A stretch of DNA of 64,000 bases from an uncultured virus (IMG/VR IMGVR_UViG_3300042558_003703) (taxonomy: Duplodnaviria > Heunggongvirae > Uroviricota > Caudoviricetes): IMG/VR virus record IMGVR_UViG_3300042558_003703; one strand, written 5' to 3'. Position 1 is the first letter of the stretch; every line of letters begins with the position of its first letter. Position numbers and translations under genes: made by a program. This document shows positions 47,038 to 56,155 of the stretch, piece after piece. The notes below the pieces were generated by a model, which saw only the letters and a list, made by a program, of their open reading frames with translations, was not told where the DNA came from and ran no database searches.

Positions 47038-47092
47038 AGTATAGCCGAAATAGCATTATTGGTCAACAAAAAAAGCCCTGTTTCCAGGGCTC
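47038..47092 (-). promoter_or_regulatory. Hairpin plus sigma70-type early promoter cassette
   Basis: AGCCCTG-TTTC-CAGGGCT hairpin, TTGACC-N17-TATACT, then ACAGTAAACAAACAGGAG. Confidence 0.85.
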
Positions 47093-47110
47093 AAAAGTGT
47101 TGTTTTTTTG

Positions 47111-48994
47111 CTACAACGGGATTTGAGTGTCGGTATTGATACCTACTGCATTTAATGCAGCAATGTTTCGGCCTTCGCGTAGGCTGGCGATCACGGCTTG
47201 GCCGTAGATATTGGTGGTGTCTGCAATGGCTGTGAACAGTGCATTTTGTCCGTCGTCACCTTCGTCCAGTCCAATATCGTGCAAACTGGTTCCCAGACTC
47301 AACAAGGATGTGGTTGCGTTTCCAGTTAGCTCAGCAAAGTCTACACCAGCTTTGGTTAGGTTAGTGGTCTCATAAGTCAGCTGCTGAGCCATGACATCAA
47401 AGTCGGAATTTAACGATTCAGCAGCTGATGTGTTGACAGTGGCAATGTTACCGATTAAACTTTGAGCAGCTGGAATCAAGCCTGATGTAAATGCCAAATC
47501 CAAACTGGTATATGTGCCTTCGCCTGGCAGGCCCGGCGGAATAGTGATTGTCAAATCAATCGGCGGTCCTGGGTCAATCACAGTGGTGTAGTCGCCATTC
47601 AGTGTGTTTATCATGATGGTGTATACTCCATTCACCGAATCTGTCAGCGTATCTAACTGTCCGCCACTTTGTAATTGAGTCAGAGTTGCAGTGGCCTGGT
47701 TAAACTCGTCGGTATAAGGTGATCCAGCAAGCACACCTAAGAAATCAAACAAGGTCAGTGTACCATTGGGTCCTGTGCCGGTTGCCAACATGCTGAGAAA
47801 GGATACCTGGATCGAATTTGGTACCGGCTGCATCAGTGTGTTGATAGCAGGCAAGCCAGTGTTGGTTTCTAATGCCACCACAGCCGTTGCAAATTCTGGC
47901 AAGGTCAAGTTAAAGATATTTTTGATCTGTTGTAGACTTCTGGCAATGGCCTTGTTGGCCAAGGCCTGGTCTGGTGGTATTACCCGGATCAGATTCTGAT
48001 ATTCAACGTCATCCACAAACAACAGTTCAAGAGTAGTATTGACTCCGCCATTTTCCAGATACACATAAGGAAACACTGCAGCAGAAGAATCATCTGTGGG
48101 AAAATTAACTGTCAATGTTGTGTAGCTGTTGGGCAAAGTTTTCACTGGATTCAGCAGATCTGCCATGGTAACAAGTCCACTGGTGGTCACATCCAACAAC
48201 AGCTTGACTTGATCCAGCAAATCTCCAGTCACGGTCAGCATGGCTCGGTATATCAAAAGATCAATGTTGGCCAATACCGGTACGCCATTGTTGCGTAAGG
48301 CTATTAGATCTGTGCTGGACAGTCCGGCATCGGTTAATTTTTTAGCCACTTCGGGCAACAGACCGCCTACCCTTATCAATTGATACAGCAAGGCAGCCGG
48401 TGATCCAAGATAGTCCAGATTTGACAAGTCCCATGTCTGCCCTAGTTTGACCAGGTCTGCACCAAACGCCGGCAAGTCAGTGTTGGCTTCGCTGACATTG
48501 CCGGTAGTCAAGGCATCCATGTCAACAAAGGTACTGTCTAGTATGTTGGAATTCACTACTGAATTGATGTACTGATTGGTCTGTGTCACATAGGACTGTG
48601 CAATATTATACACCTGAGAAAATATCGACAAATCACCGCTGCCCAATATCTCATTGGCTTGTGCAACAACAACACCGGAAAATCCGCCGGTATAGGTATT
48701 GCCCAATGGCCCTAAATCGGCCAGGTAAGCCGACGGAACAGCATTGGTCACAGCAGGCAAAATATTGGCTGCAAGATTTTGCAAAGTACTAAAAGTGCTT
48801 TGAGTTATTTCATTGTTGGCAACACCTATCGCGATAGCAGCGTCGGTTAATACATCTGTATAAGATGCAACCACTGTAGTTGCATTATAGTTGTTGATTG
48901 CAATGGTTAGATTGCCGTTGATGGCCAGACCTAGGTCTTGTAAAAAACCATCCGTGGCTATTATCATTACTGGGCTTAAAGGACCTGGACTCAT
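47111..48994 (-). CDS. Large acidic putative virion (baseplate-associated) protein
   Basis: 627 aa, Thr/Asn/Leu-rich, co-transcribed with PAAR from a TAAATA promoter. Confidence 0.6.
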   Translation of the reverse strand: MSPGPLSPVMIIATDGFLQDLGLAINGNLTIAINNYNATTVVASYTDVLTDAAIAIGVANNEITQSTFSTLQNLAANILPAVTNAVPSAYLADLGPLGNTYTGGFSGVVVAQANEILGSGDLSIFSQVYNIAQSYVTQTNQYINSVVNSNILDSTFVDMDALTTGNVSEANTDLPAFGADLVKLGQTWDLSNLDYLGSPAALLYQLIRVGGLLPEVAKKLTDAGLSSTDLIALRNNGVPVLANIDLLIYRAMLTVTGDLLDQVKLLLDVTTSGLVTMADLLNPVKTLPNSYTTLTVNFPTDDSSAAVFPYVYLENGGVNTTLELLFVDDVEYQNLIRVIPPDQALANKAIARSLQQIKNIFNLTLPEFATAVVALETNTGLPAINTLMQPVPNSIQVSFLSMLATGTGPNGTLTLFDFLGVLAGSPYTDEFNQATATLTQLQSGGQLDTLTDSVNGVYTIMINTLNGDYTTVIDPGPPIDLTITIPPGLPGEGTYTSLDLAFTSGLIPAAQSLIGNIATVNTSAAESLNSDFDVMAQQLTYETTNLTKAGVDFAELTGNATTSLLSLGTSLHDIGLDEGDDGQNALFTAIADTTNIYGQAVIASLREGRNIAALNAVGINTDTQIPL

Positions 48995-48997
48995 GTG

Positions 48998-49285
48998 TTA
49001 TCCTGCAAAGACATCGCCGCTGCCTTGTGCAATTCGAGTGCAACCCGACAACGCATCACCCACGCAAGCAATAGGGCGACCATTTACACGCACTGACCTG
49101 CTGGCTTGAATCGGAGCAGCGTGTATACTGCATTTTTTACCACCTGGTTTTTTGTGTGTGTCGCTGAGATCACCATCTCTAGCAACTGGACGGCCATTTA
49201 CACGCACATCCGGCGAGCCTTGTGCAATAGTGTAACCGCTGCAATGAACTAGTCCTGCATCACCCTTTCTTGACACTGCTGGCAT
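48998..49285 (-). CDS. PAAR-repeat spike tip protein
   Basis: PAVSRKGD, VNGRPVARDGD, VNGRPIACVGD, GSGDVFAG. Confidence 0.92.
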   Translation of the reverse strand: MPAVSRKGDAGLVHCSGYTIAQGSPDVRVNGRPVARDGDLSDTHKKPGGKKCSIHAAPIQASRSVRVNGRPIACVGDALSGCTRIAQGSGDVFAG

Positions 49286-49475
49286 ATTCTCTCTCTAATA
49301 AAGTACTAAAACGCTCACCCCAGGCATCAATTTCCCGGTGCTGTTCATCAGTATGCGGCTCAGGCGGAATCTCTGGTACAAATTCAATCACATGATCGAT
49401 CTCTGCAGGTATCGCTGCAAAGTCCGTAAACGTATGCAGTAAACCATTGATTACGACAACAAATCTGTGAGCCAT
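49260..49475 (-). CDS. Conserved small protein upstream of PAAR
   Basis: IP.EIDHVIEF.P..P.EPHTDEQH. Confidence 0.7.
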   Translation of the reverse strand: MAHRFVVVINGLLHTFTDFAAIPAEIDHVIEFVPEIPPEPHTDEQHREIDAWGERFSTLLEREYASSVKKG

Positions 49476-49568
49476 ATCAAGTATTTATTTGGAAAAAAAT
49501 ACCCGAATTTTTAAAATTATTGTGTCAACAAAGCACTCAATAAATATCTGACAACATTATCAAACTCA

Positions 49569-50144
49569 ATGACACTAGACCAAACGTATTTTTTCTGGGG
49601 CTGCGGAAAGCCTGTTCAGTATGGATTGTACAGTCCTGTAGTTGATAGACTGGTATGCGTAGACGACGATTATCAATGGTTTGAACATGCAGTGTTTTTA
49701 TTGTCTAGTAAAATCAGACTGTTGATTGTTCCGTTACACTTCGCTCCAAATTTTCAAATCGATTTAATAGACAACATTTGCTGTTCCCAGTGGAGTATCA
49801 CCAACTGGCCCGCTGGATCACTAGATTCAAAATTTAATTTTCCAATAACTAAAAAAAATTTCTTGCTTGACACATGTGGGGACTTGATATCAAAACCCAA
49901 CAAAGATCTTGTTGAAATTCAAAATTTTGCTTTCTTGGCACATTATGTTTTAAAACTTTTTAAATTTTCTAAAAATTGTCAATATAGAATTTTTTCTAAT
50001 CTGATCAAGTTGCCGTTTGACGAGTTTACGCAGATAAAAGAAATAGAAATGATATGCAATCAAACAATTTATCTAAACAACGAATACAATTCTGCCAAGA
50101 AAAAAATTGAACCACTGTGTAAGATAGCCGAGACCTTGTTATGA
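49569..50144 (+). CDS. Hypothetical protein (AT-rich)
   Basis: 191 aa, TAAATA upstream, ATGA overlap with the next gene. Confidence 0.6.
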   Translation: MTLDQTYFFWGCGKPVQYGLYSPVVDRLVCVDDDYQWFEHAVFLLSSKIRLLIVPLHFAPNFQIDLIDNICCSQWSITNWPAGSLDSKFNFPITKKNFLLDTCGDLISKPNKDLVEIQNFAFLAHYVLKLFKFSKNCQYRIFSNLIKLPFDEFTQIKEIEMICNQTIYLNNEYNSAKKKIEPLCKIAETLL

Positions 50145-51265
50145 AGCCTTTGCGAATTTCTTTCGATTTTTATAATTTGTTACCGATTGATCTACAAGCA
50201 CGCCTGAAAACATTTTTGTTAGCTGACCAAAAATTCTGGCCAGGATGTGAATCAATCTCCAGTGCCAGATACGGAAAAACGAAGATTTGGAATTTTTATC
50301 ATGATCCAGATTATGTATCGTGTCCTCCATTGATGCAATGTTTTAACAAAAGTTTTAGCGAAGTAACTGACGCTAGAGCTATCGAAATTAAAAAAACAAT
50401 GCAGCAAAGAAATCTGCCACTGGCTATTTTTTGGTCAGGCGGAATAGATAGTACCCTGGCATTATCGGCTATAATAAAACATTTTGATACAGCAGATCTA
50501 AAAAATATCACAATCTTTGCTAACAATCAGAGTTACTTTGAAAATCCAATATTTTATCACTCAGTGATAGAACAATATCAATTAAAAACTATAAATTTCA
50601 AAAACTTTTCTAACAAAGACATACAATCTGTATTTGACAAATATATTGTAACTGATGGGGAACCAGCAGATAAGTTGTGGATAGTCAATATTGCTATTGA
50701 GTTTGAATTAGTGTACGGCGCTGGTTCTTTGGAAAAATCTCTTAGAGAAACCAGTGGCAAGTTTATTGAATTTCTAACTAACTACATGTCAAAAGAACAA
50801 GCAGTCGAGTACTACGATTCATTGACACAAAACATTCACGAAGCAGGAATAGAAGTTGTTACTATAGGCGATTTATTTTGGTGGATTAACTTTAATTTTC
50901 ATTGGGTAGAACATCTGCTGATATGGTACAATCAATTTCCAATCAAAAACACTGCAAACTACAATCAATATAAACAAAATTATATGCCGTGGTTCAATTG
51001 CGACGAATATCAATTGTGGAGCTTGTCTGACAGACCCAAGTCAATAAAACCAGATAGGCATGATTTGTACAAGATGCCAGCAAAGCAGTATATCTACGAG
51101 CTAAATCAAGACACGTATTATCTAAATTATAAATCCAAACTGGGATCGCCCAAGCATTTAATAAGAATAGATGCCGACATGGTGTTGCTGTCCGACGGCA
51201 CCTGTTTAGATTGCAACAATCCTAACCTGGTGGAAACATTCATTCGACAAAATTGTTTAATGTAA
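50141..51265 (+). CDS. PP-loop (asparagine-synthetase-like) protein
   Basis: IFWSGGIDST, TDGEPAD, YKMPAKQYI. Confidence 0.65.
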   Translation: MKPLRISFDFYNLLPIDLQARLKTFLLADQKFWPGCESISSARYGKTKIWNFYHDPDYVSCPPLMQCFNKSFSEVTDARAIEIKKTMQQRNLPLAIFWSGGIDSTLALSAIIKHFDTADLKNITIFANNQSYFENPIFYHSVIEQYQLKTINFKNFSNKDIQSVFDKYIVTDGEPADKLWIVNIAIEFELVYGAGSLEKSLRETSGKFIEFLTNYMSKEQAVEYYDSLTQNIHEAGIEVVTIGDLFWWINFNFHWVEHLLIWYNQFPIKNTANYNQYKQNYMPWFNCDEYQLWSLSDRPKSIKPDRHDLYKMPAKQYIYELNQDTYYLNYKSKLGSPKHLIRIDADMVLLSDGTCLDCNNPNLVETFIRQNCLM

Positions 51266-51913
51266 ATTTTGCAATTCTTCGAGGAATTTGTCTGTCGTGG
51301 CTGTGCGTACACCAGTTATCTGAAATGTCACACGTGGATAGTGCCCGGTATTGGCTGTGCTGTGTGGTACATTTGCCCAGTCGAAGGTAGTTACATCACC
51401 GGCACGCCATTGATTATAATGATAGTTGCCGTATGCCCAGAATTGACCAGGTTGCCAGTCAGTTAATTGAATCATAATACGCATGATACGGCTGGGGTCT
51501 TCCGGGCACCATTTCTGTAATTTATCTATGTGTAAATTCCAAACTTCCCCAGGTCGTTGTACATGTATGCGGTTCATGCAATCATCTAAGCCAAAAAGAT
51601 CACTGATCTTTTGTAAGCTATCGGGGATAACCCAGTTCAAGTGCGTGATGATCATGTCGGGATCTGCACCGACACGCTCGATATCGTGCCGTTCGGCTTC
51701 GAGATCTGCAGACGGAACTTCGACACCTTCTCCCTTGTATCCTCTAGTGGCCCATGTTGCCGGTTTTGATTTGCTGACAATATCAGCAAGATCTGTATCC
51801 CACGTAGGAGAAATACGACCCAGTCTAATAACTGTATCGTATGCCGGATCCATTATGGTTGAATCAAAATGATACTGACTTTGAGCTTTTGTGTAGTCCC
51901 ATGAACTTTTCAT
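51257..51913 (-). CDS. 2OG-Fe(II)/cupin dioxygenase-like protein (paralog of 32188-32730)
   Basis: PGEVWNLHID...PHSTANTG..PRVTFQITG. Confidence 0.7.
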   Translation of the reverse strand: MKSSWDYTKAQSQYHFDSTIMDPAYDTVIRLGRISPTWDTDLADIVSKSKPATWATRGYKGEGVEVPSADLEAERHDIERVGADPDMIITHLNWVIPDSLQKISDLFGLDDCMNRIHVQRPGEVWNLHIDKLQKWCPEDPSRIMRIMIQLTDWQPGQFWAYGNYHYNQWRAGDVTTFDWANVPHSTANTGHYPRVTFQITGVRTATTDKFLEELQNLH

Positions 51914-52530
51914 ATTAATGTTACCTTGATATCATATTCGGCGTACCTTTGAAAATACTCTTCCGGCGGTGTAGCAATGTATAGACGAGCTGCCAATACT
52001 ACATTGGAATTGATTGTTTTTCCTGAATATCTCTCACGTGCCAAGCGTATGTCTTGATTTTGATTATAGATGCGACGAGCCATTACAGGAAGATTTTGAT
52101 AGTATTCAGCATAGTCAGGATAGGTAATACCAAAGTGACCGCATTTGACCCACCACCCTAGGCAAGCATCGTCGTCTCGCTCTACTAACACTACAGGGCA
52201 GTCGGGCCATGTCTGCTTTAGATAGTCAATGTGATGTGAAAATACATGACTCTTGATGATGCGTACACCTGTTCCAGAAAACGGTCTATCAAACTCTTGT
52301 TCGTTTTCTTCACGACTATATTGATCCAACCGATCAAAATGGTCGCCGAACTCCATGCCAGGATCAAAATATGCACCCATGTGCATCAACAAAGGTTCTC
52401 CCCAGGCACTGTGCCAATACTCACGTGCAGACGAAGAATCTGTGCGATCAATGTCGGGGCTGAAATAAATGTTCTTGCTCACACTGGACCATTTGGATCC
52501 AGGAGCGCCTGCCATAAAGATGTATTTCAT
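51910..52530 (-). CDS. Sulfotransferase-fold/P-loop-like protein
   Basis: IFMAGAPGSKWSS, IIKSH, VLVERD resemble PAPS-binding signatures. Confidence 0.5.
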   Translation of the reverse strand: MKYIFMAGAPGSKWSSVSKNIYFSPDIDRTDSSSAREYWHSAWGEPLLMHMGAYFDPGMEFGDHFDRLDQYSREENEQEFDRPFSGTGVRIIKSHVFSHHIDYLKQTWPDCPVVLVERDDDACLGWWVKCGHFGITYPDYAEYYQNLPVMARRIYNQNQDIRLARERYSGKTINSNVVLAARLYIATPPEEYFQRYAEYDIKVTLI

Positions 52531-53516
52531 TCTTTGGTCAAATCAATAGTTTCTAACACAGGTATAAATGTGGCTCTCAATTCGTTCATGTGTTTGCGTA
52601 ATCCTTCTGGTTTTAACTCTGATTCTTCATAAAATACAACTTGATTTTCCATCCATTCTTTGTATTCTGCAGAACGCACTGCTTTAGAGAACTCGCGTTG
52701 ATACCAATCAACAATGTCACCGGGGGTGTTAGGTGGCAACTGCAAGGACCAAGCAGCATATACATTGATACCAGGAGCAACAGTATTTAATAAAGGTATC
52801 TTGGGATATTGATCCATTTTTCTATTGCCAGTAAATCCAATGGCTTTTACTCTACCCGCGTCCAGCAACGGCTTGGCAACTGCAATTGGCATGATTCCAA
52901 ATTCAGTGCCAGATTTGCCATCAAATGCAGCCACACTGGTAACAGTTGGCAACGGTCCATTGAATCTGATGGGCCTGACCAGATCTTTGTTTCCCTGCCC
53001 ACGGTACATGAGATATTCAAATGCAGTTCTATGAGCACCGCCACCTGTTGCAATACTGATGGGTTTTTTAGTAGTCGAGATCAGTGTTATAAAATCTTCA
53101 GGAGTGTTTATCATACTGCGAGGACTGGCAACCAACACCAGTGGACTTTTGCCCATGGTCAGCACATCAGTAAAATCATTGTATTTGAACTTTTTAATAT
53201 CTTTTTGCCATATATCGTTGGTGACATACGTGCTCATATGGCTGGGCAAATTGGCAGTGTATCCATCTGGTGCAGCATCAAGAAATCTGTTCTGTGCTAT
53301 AACACTGTCAGCACCTGGAATGTTTTGTACTACATATACAAATTTGGGATTATTGCGTTGAACCAATTCGGCTAATTTTCTAAATGCAAGTTCGTTGCCG
53401 GCCCCGGGAGTATTGCCTACATACACTGTGACTGGCTTGATGGGTTCCCAAGCTGCAGCAGCAAATGGTACGATTGCTGCCGCTGCCAACAGGAGAGCAG
53501 ATAAAAAGTTTTTCAT
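52527..53516 (-). CDS. Bug/TctC tripartite tricarboxylate transporter substrate-binding protein
   Basis: Signal peptide, P.KPVT..V...PG, NIPGA, PDGYT, P.VLV, GRVKAI, PP.TP. Confidence 0.88.
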   Translation of the reverse strand: MKNFLSALLLAAAAIVPFAAAAWEPIKPVTVYVGNTPGAGNELAFRKLAELVQRNNPKFVYVVQNIPGADSVIAQNRFLDAAPDGYTANLPSHMSTYVTNDIWQKDIKKFKYNDFTDVLTMGKSPLVLVASPRSMINTPEDFITLISTTKKPISIATGGGAHRTAFEYLMYRGQGNKDLVRPIRFNGPLPTVTSVAAFDGKSGTEFGIMPIAVAKPLLDAGRVKAIGFTGNRKMDQYPKIPLLNTVAPGINVYAAWSLQLPPNTPGDIVDWYQREFSKAVRSAEYKEWMENQVVFYEESELKPEGLRKHMNELRATFIPVLETIDLTKE

Positions 53517-53620
53517 TATTTTTCCTTGTCAAGATTTATGATATATATAGTTAGATATTGTCACAGACACAAAATTTTTTGCTGTCTTGTAAATTTATTT
53601 ACCTTTTTTATAAAAAATCT

Positions 53621-54370
53621 ATGAATAGCAAAATTTTTAATCATATTGTAAAAAAATTACACGAAACTTGGAATTTACCCAAACACAGTGCAATTAGACA
53701 ATCGCTAGAGGCAGACACATTATTAGATTCTCTGCCGTGGACTCCTGTGAAAAAGCAAAAATTCAAATCAGACCTCGAAGGCACGTTTGGGGTCGCAATT
53801 GATGTTGCAGGCACTGTTGCACAGCTGGTCGATCGCACCGACGATCAATACCTGGCTTGGTTTTTTGGTGAAGCATGGAAACCCAGAACCGACATGTATC
53901 ACTGGACCGGCTGGAGAATCGCTGACGAAATCAACAAGACCAAGCCTGCTAAAGTACTAGATGTAGGCTGCGGATACAATCCATTTAAAGAAAGGATTCC
54001 CAATCTAGTAGGTATTGATCCTTATAACAATTGTGCAGACTTCATGATTGATATTCTTGACTACAATGTAGAACCAGAATCATTTGACCATGTCATTGCA
54101 TTGGGCAGTATCAATTTCAACAGTCGCGATGACATTGAAATTAGATTTCGAAAGACTGTTGAATTGCTGAAGCCAGGAGGTAAACTGTGGATGAGGGCCA
54201 ATCCCGGGCTAGATCACGACGGAGTTAAAACTCCCAACAAAGGTCCGTGGGTGGAAATATTTCCCTGGAGTTTTGAAGTAGCCCACGAACTGGCCAAAAC
54301 ACACGGACTTACATTAGAGTTGATGAAGAAAGACCAAGACCGATTGTTTTTCTTGTTTGTTAAGAAATAA
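53621..54370 (+). CDS. Class I SAM-dependent methyltransferase with ACP-like N-terminus
   Basis: VLDVGCG, GID, ESFD, LLKPGG. Confidence 0.8.
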   Translation: MNSKIFNHIVKKLHETWNLPKHSAIRQSLEADTLLDSLPWTPVKKQKFKSDLEGTFGVAIDVAGTVAQLVDRTDDQYLAWFFGEAWKPRTDMYHWTGWRIADEINKTKPAKVLDVGCGYNPFKERIPNLVGIDPYNNCADFMIDILDYNVEPESFDHVIALGSINFNSRDDIEIRFRKTVELLKPGGKLWMRANPGLDHDGVKTPNKGPWVEIFPWSFEVAHELAKTHGLTLELMKKDQDRLFFLFVKK

Positions 54371-54371
54371 T

Positions 54372-54396
54372 AAAAAAGCCCCTTAGGGGCTTTTTG
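54372..54396. terminator. Bidirectional intrinsic terminator
   Basis: AAAAAAGCCCC-TTA-GGGGCTTTTT between convergent genes. Confidence 0.85.
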
Positions 54397-54699
54397 TTAT
54401 CCTGTAATGATAGACTTTTTAGCCGGCACATCAATGCCGGTTGTTGCTTTGATATAGCCAGCTCTGACATCTTCACGCACTTCTGTGGTCATTAAAATGC
54501 CAGATGCGTACAACAAGACATCGCGATCCAAATTGGCACTGAACAAGCTGGGCATCATTTGGAGTCCTTGCTGTCCTGGTACTAAAGTAACCGGCTGCTT
54601 GATCACAATCATACCATCAACCACGCTGACAACCTTGGCAACAACTTCTTCGCCGGTGATCAGTTTAAATGTCAAAATCTCGTCTTTTTCAATGTTCAT
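54397..54699 (-). CDS. Sm-like beta-barrel phage protein
   Basis: FKLITGEEVVAK...IKQP...YIKATTGI. Confidence 0.65.
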   Translation of the reverse strand: MNIEKDEILTFKLITGEEVVAKVVSVVDGMIVIKQPVTLVPGQQGLQMMPSLFSANLDRDVLLYASGILMTTEVREDVRAGYIKATTGIDVPAKKSIITG

Positions 54700-54701
54700 T
54701 A

Positions 54702-54944
54702 TTATCCTTTAAGTTGTGTCCAAAATTCTTCAGGTTGTGATGCCAAACCCTGATATCCGCCTTGCAATAATGCGTCGCCATTGAAAATTTGTGGCACACT
54801 GCGCAAACCTTGATCCACTAAAAATTCACGGGCTTCGGTACGAATACCTACATTGATGGTAGTATATTCAATTCCTTTGCTTTCAATTAGTGCTTTTGCT
54901 CGATCGCAAAACGGACAATTATCTTTTGTGTATATTGTTAACAT
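54702..54944 (-). CDS. Glutaredoxin
   Basis: CPFC, RSVPQIF, GGY. Confidence 0.93.
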   Translation of the reverse strand: MLTIYTKDNCPFCDRAKALIESKGIEYTTINVGIRTEAREFLVDQGLRSVPQIFNGDALLQGGYQGLASQPEEFWTQLKG

Positions 54945-54958
54945 ATCAATTTCCTAGT

Positions 54959-56137
54959 TTAGATTATAGCAGTTTCTATCAAGTGTGTCAACTGTTTTGC
55001 TGTTGCGGGGCTAACTGTCCATCCCAAATGACCGTGACCAGTATGATAAAACACTCGCGAGTCTGTTTGACTTTGTTGTATTATGGGCATCATGTCGGGG
55101 GTCATTGGACGCAGACATGCCCAAGATTGATAATCATCTGTGTTGATTTGTGGTAAATTTTCATGTACCCAATTCAACAAAGGTTCGATTCTGTCTCTGC
55201 GTATGTCATAGTTCTCACCTGTAAGTTCCGCAGTGCCGGCCACACGCAGTCTATTGCCCAAAGGCGAGGCTACTATTTTAGCTTGATCATCTAACAAACT
55301 GGTACGAGGCAACAATTCTGGATCAACATTGTTGATAGTGATACTGTAGCCTTTGATAGGATAGATAGGTAATACATCGCCGATGCTGCTGGCCAAATGA
55401 ACTGAACCAACTCCGGCTGATACTACCACTGCGTCATACTGTATTGTCAGAGATTCTAAGTCGTTTAATTTGTAGTTATAATGAAATTCAACACCATATT
55501 TTTCATTTAATACCTCGCACAACTGATGACAAAATTTATGCATGTCGCCAACCCAGTCACCGGCAGTCCAGGCACCACCTACAACACCACTGGCCATGAG
55601 CATAGGGTCAGTAGCAGCAACAGTTTGAGCGTCCATGATACTCCATTCGCACCCGTTTGATTCGTACAAGTCTTTTGCTTGTATGGCTGCATCAAAGTAT
55701 TGTTGATCTTTGTAAAAATGCAAGATTCCGCACTTGGCTTGATCAAAGTTTGCAATACCTTCGTTGTTGATCAAGTCTTGATATAACTTGCGTGACTCGA
55801 GTCCCAAGCAAATAGTCGCTGCAGTATTCGTTGCATAATCACCTCGAACTGTATGGTACAAAAACTTGGTCATCCATTTGATTTTGTCCCATTCAAATTT
55901 GGGTCGGACCAACAAGGGTGCGTCTTTACGCAACATCCATTTGACACCCTTTTTTACATTACTCCAGGTGTTCCAAACTTCGCTATTTGATACAGACACT
56001 TGGCCGCCGTTGGCATAACTAGTGCGCATGGCTGCATATCTTTCTTGATCAATGACTGTGATGTTGTGCCCAGCTTTAACCAGATAGTAAGCAGCCATAA
56101 TTCCACTAATACCTGCACCTACTATTGCAATTTTCAT
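54959..56137 (-). CDS. dadA: D-amino acid dehydrogenase (DadA-like FAD oxidoreductase)
   Basis: GAGISG, TSYANGGQ, IYPIKGYSIT, LRVAGTAE, WACLRPMTPD, TGHGHLGWT. Confidence 0.88.
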   Translation of the reverse strand: MKIAIVGAGISGIMAAYYLVKAGHNITVIDQERYAAMRTSYANGGQVSVSNSEVWNTWSNVKKGVKWMLRKDAPLLVRPKFEWDKIKWMTKFLYHTVRGDYATNTAATICLGLESRKLYQDLINNEGIANFDQAKCGILHFYKDQQYFDAAIQAKDLYESNGCEWSIMDAQTVAATDPMLMASGVVGGAWTAGDWVGDMHKFCHQLCEVLNEKYGVEFHYNYKLNDLESLTIQYDAVVVSAGVGSVHLASSIGDVLPIYPIKGYSITINNVDPELLPRTSLLDDQAKIVASPLGNRLRVAGTAELTGENYDIRRDRIEPLLNWVHENLPQINTDDYQSWACLRPMTPDMMPIIQQSQTDSRVFYHTGHGHLGWTVSPATAKQLTHLIETAII

Positions 56138-56155
56138 TCGACAATTTTCCAATAA

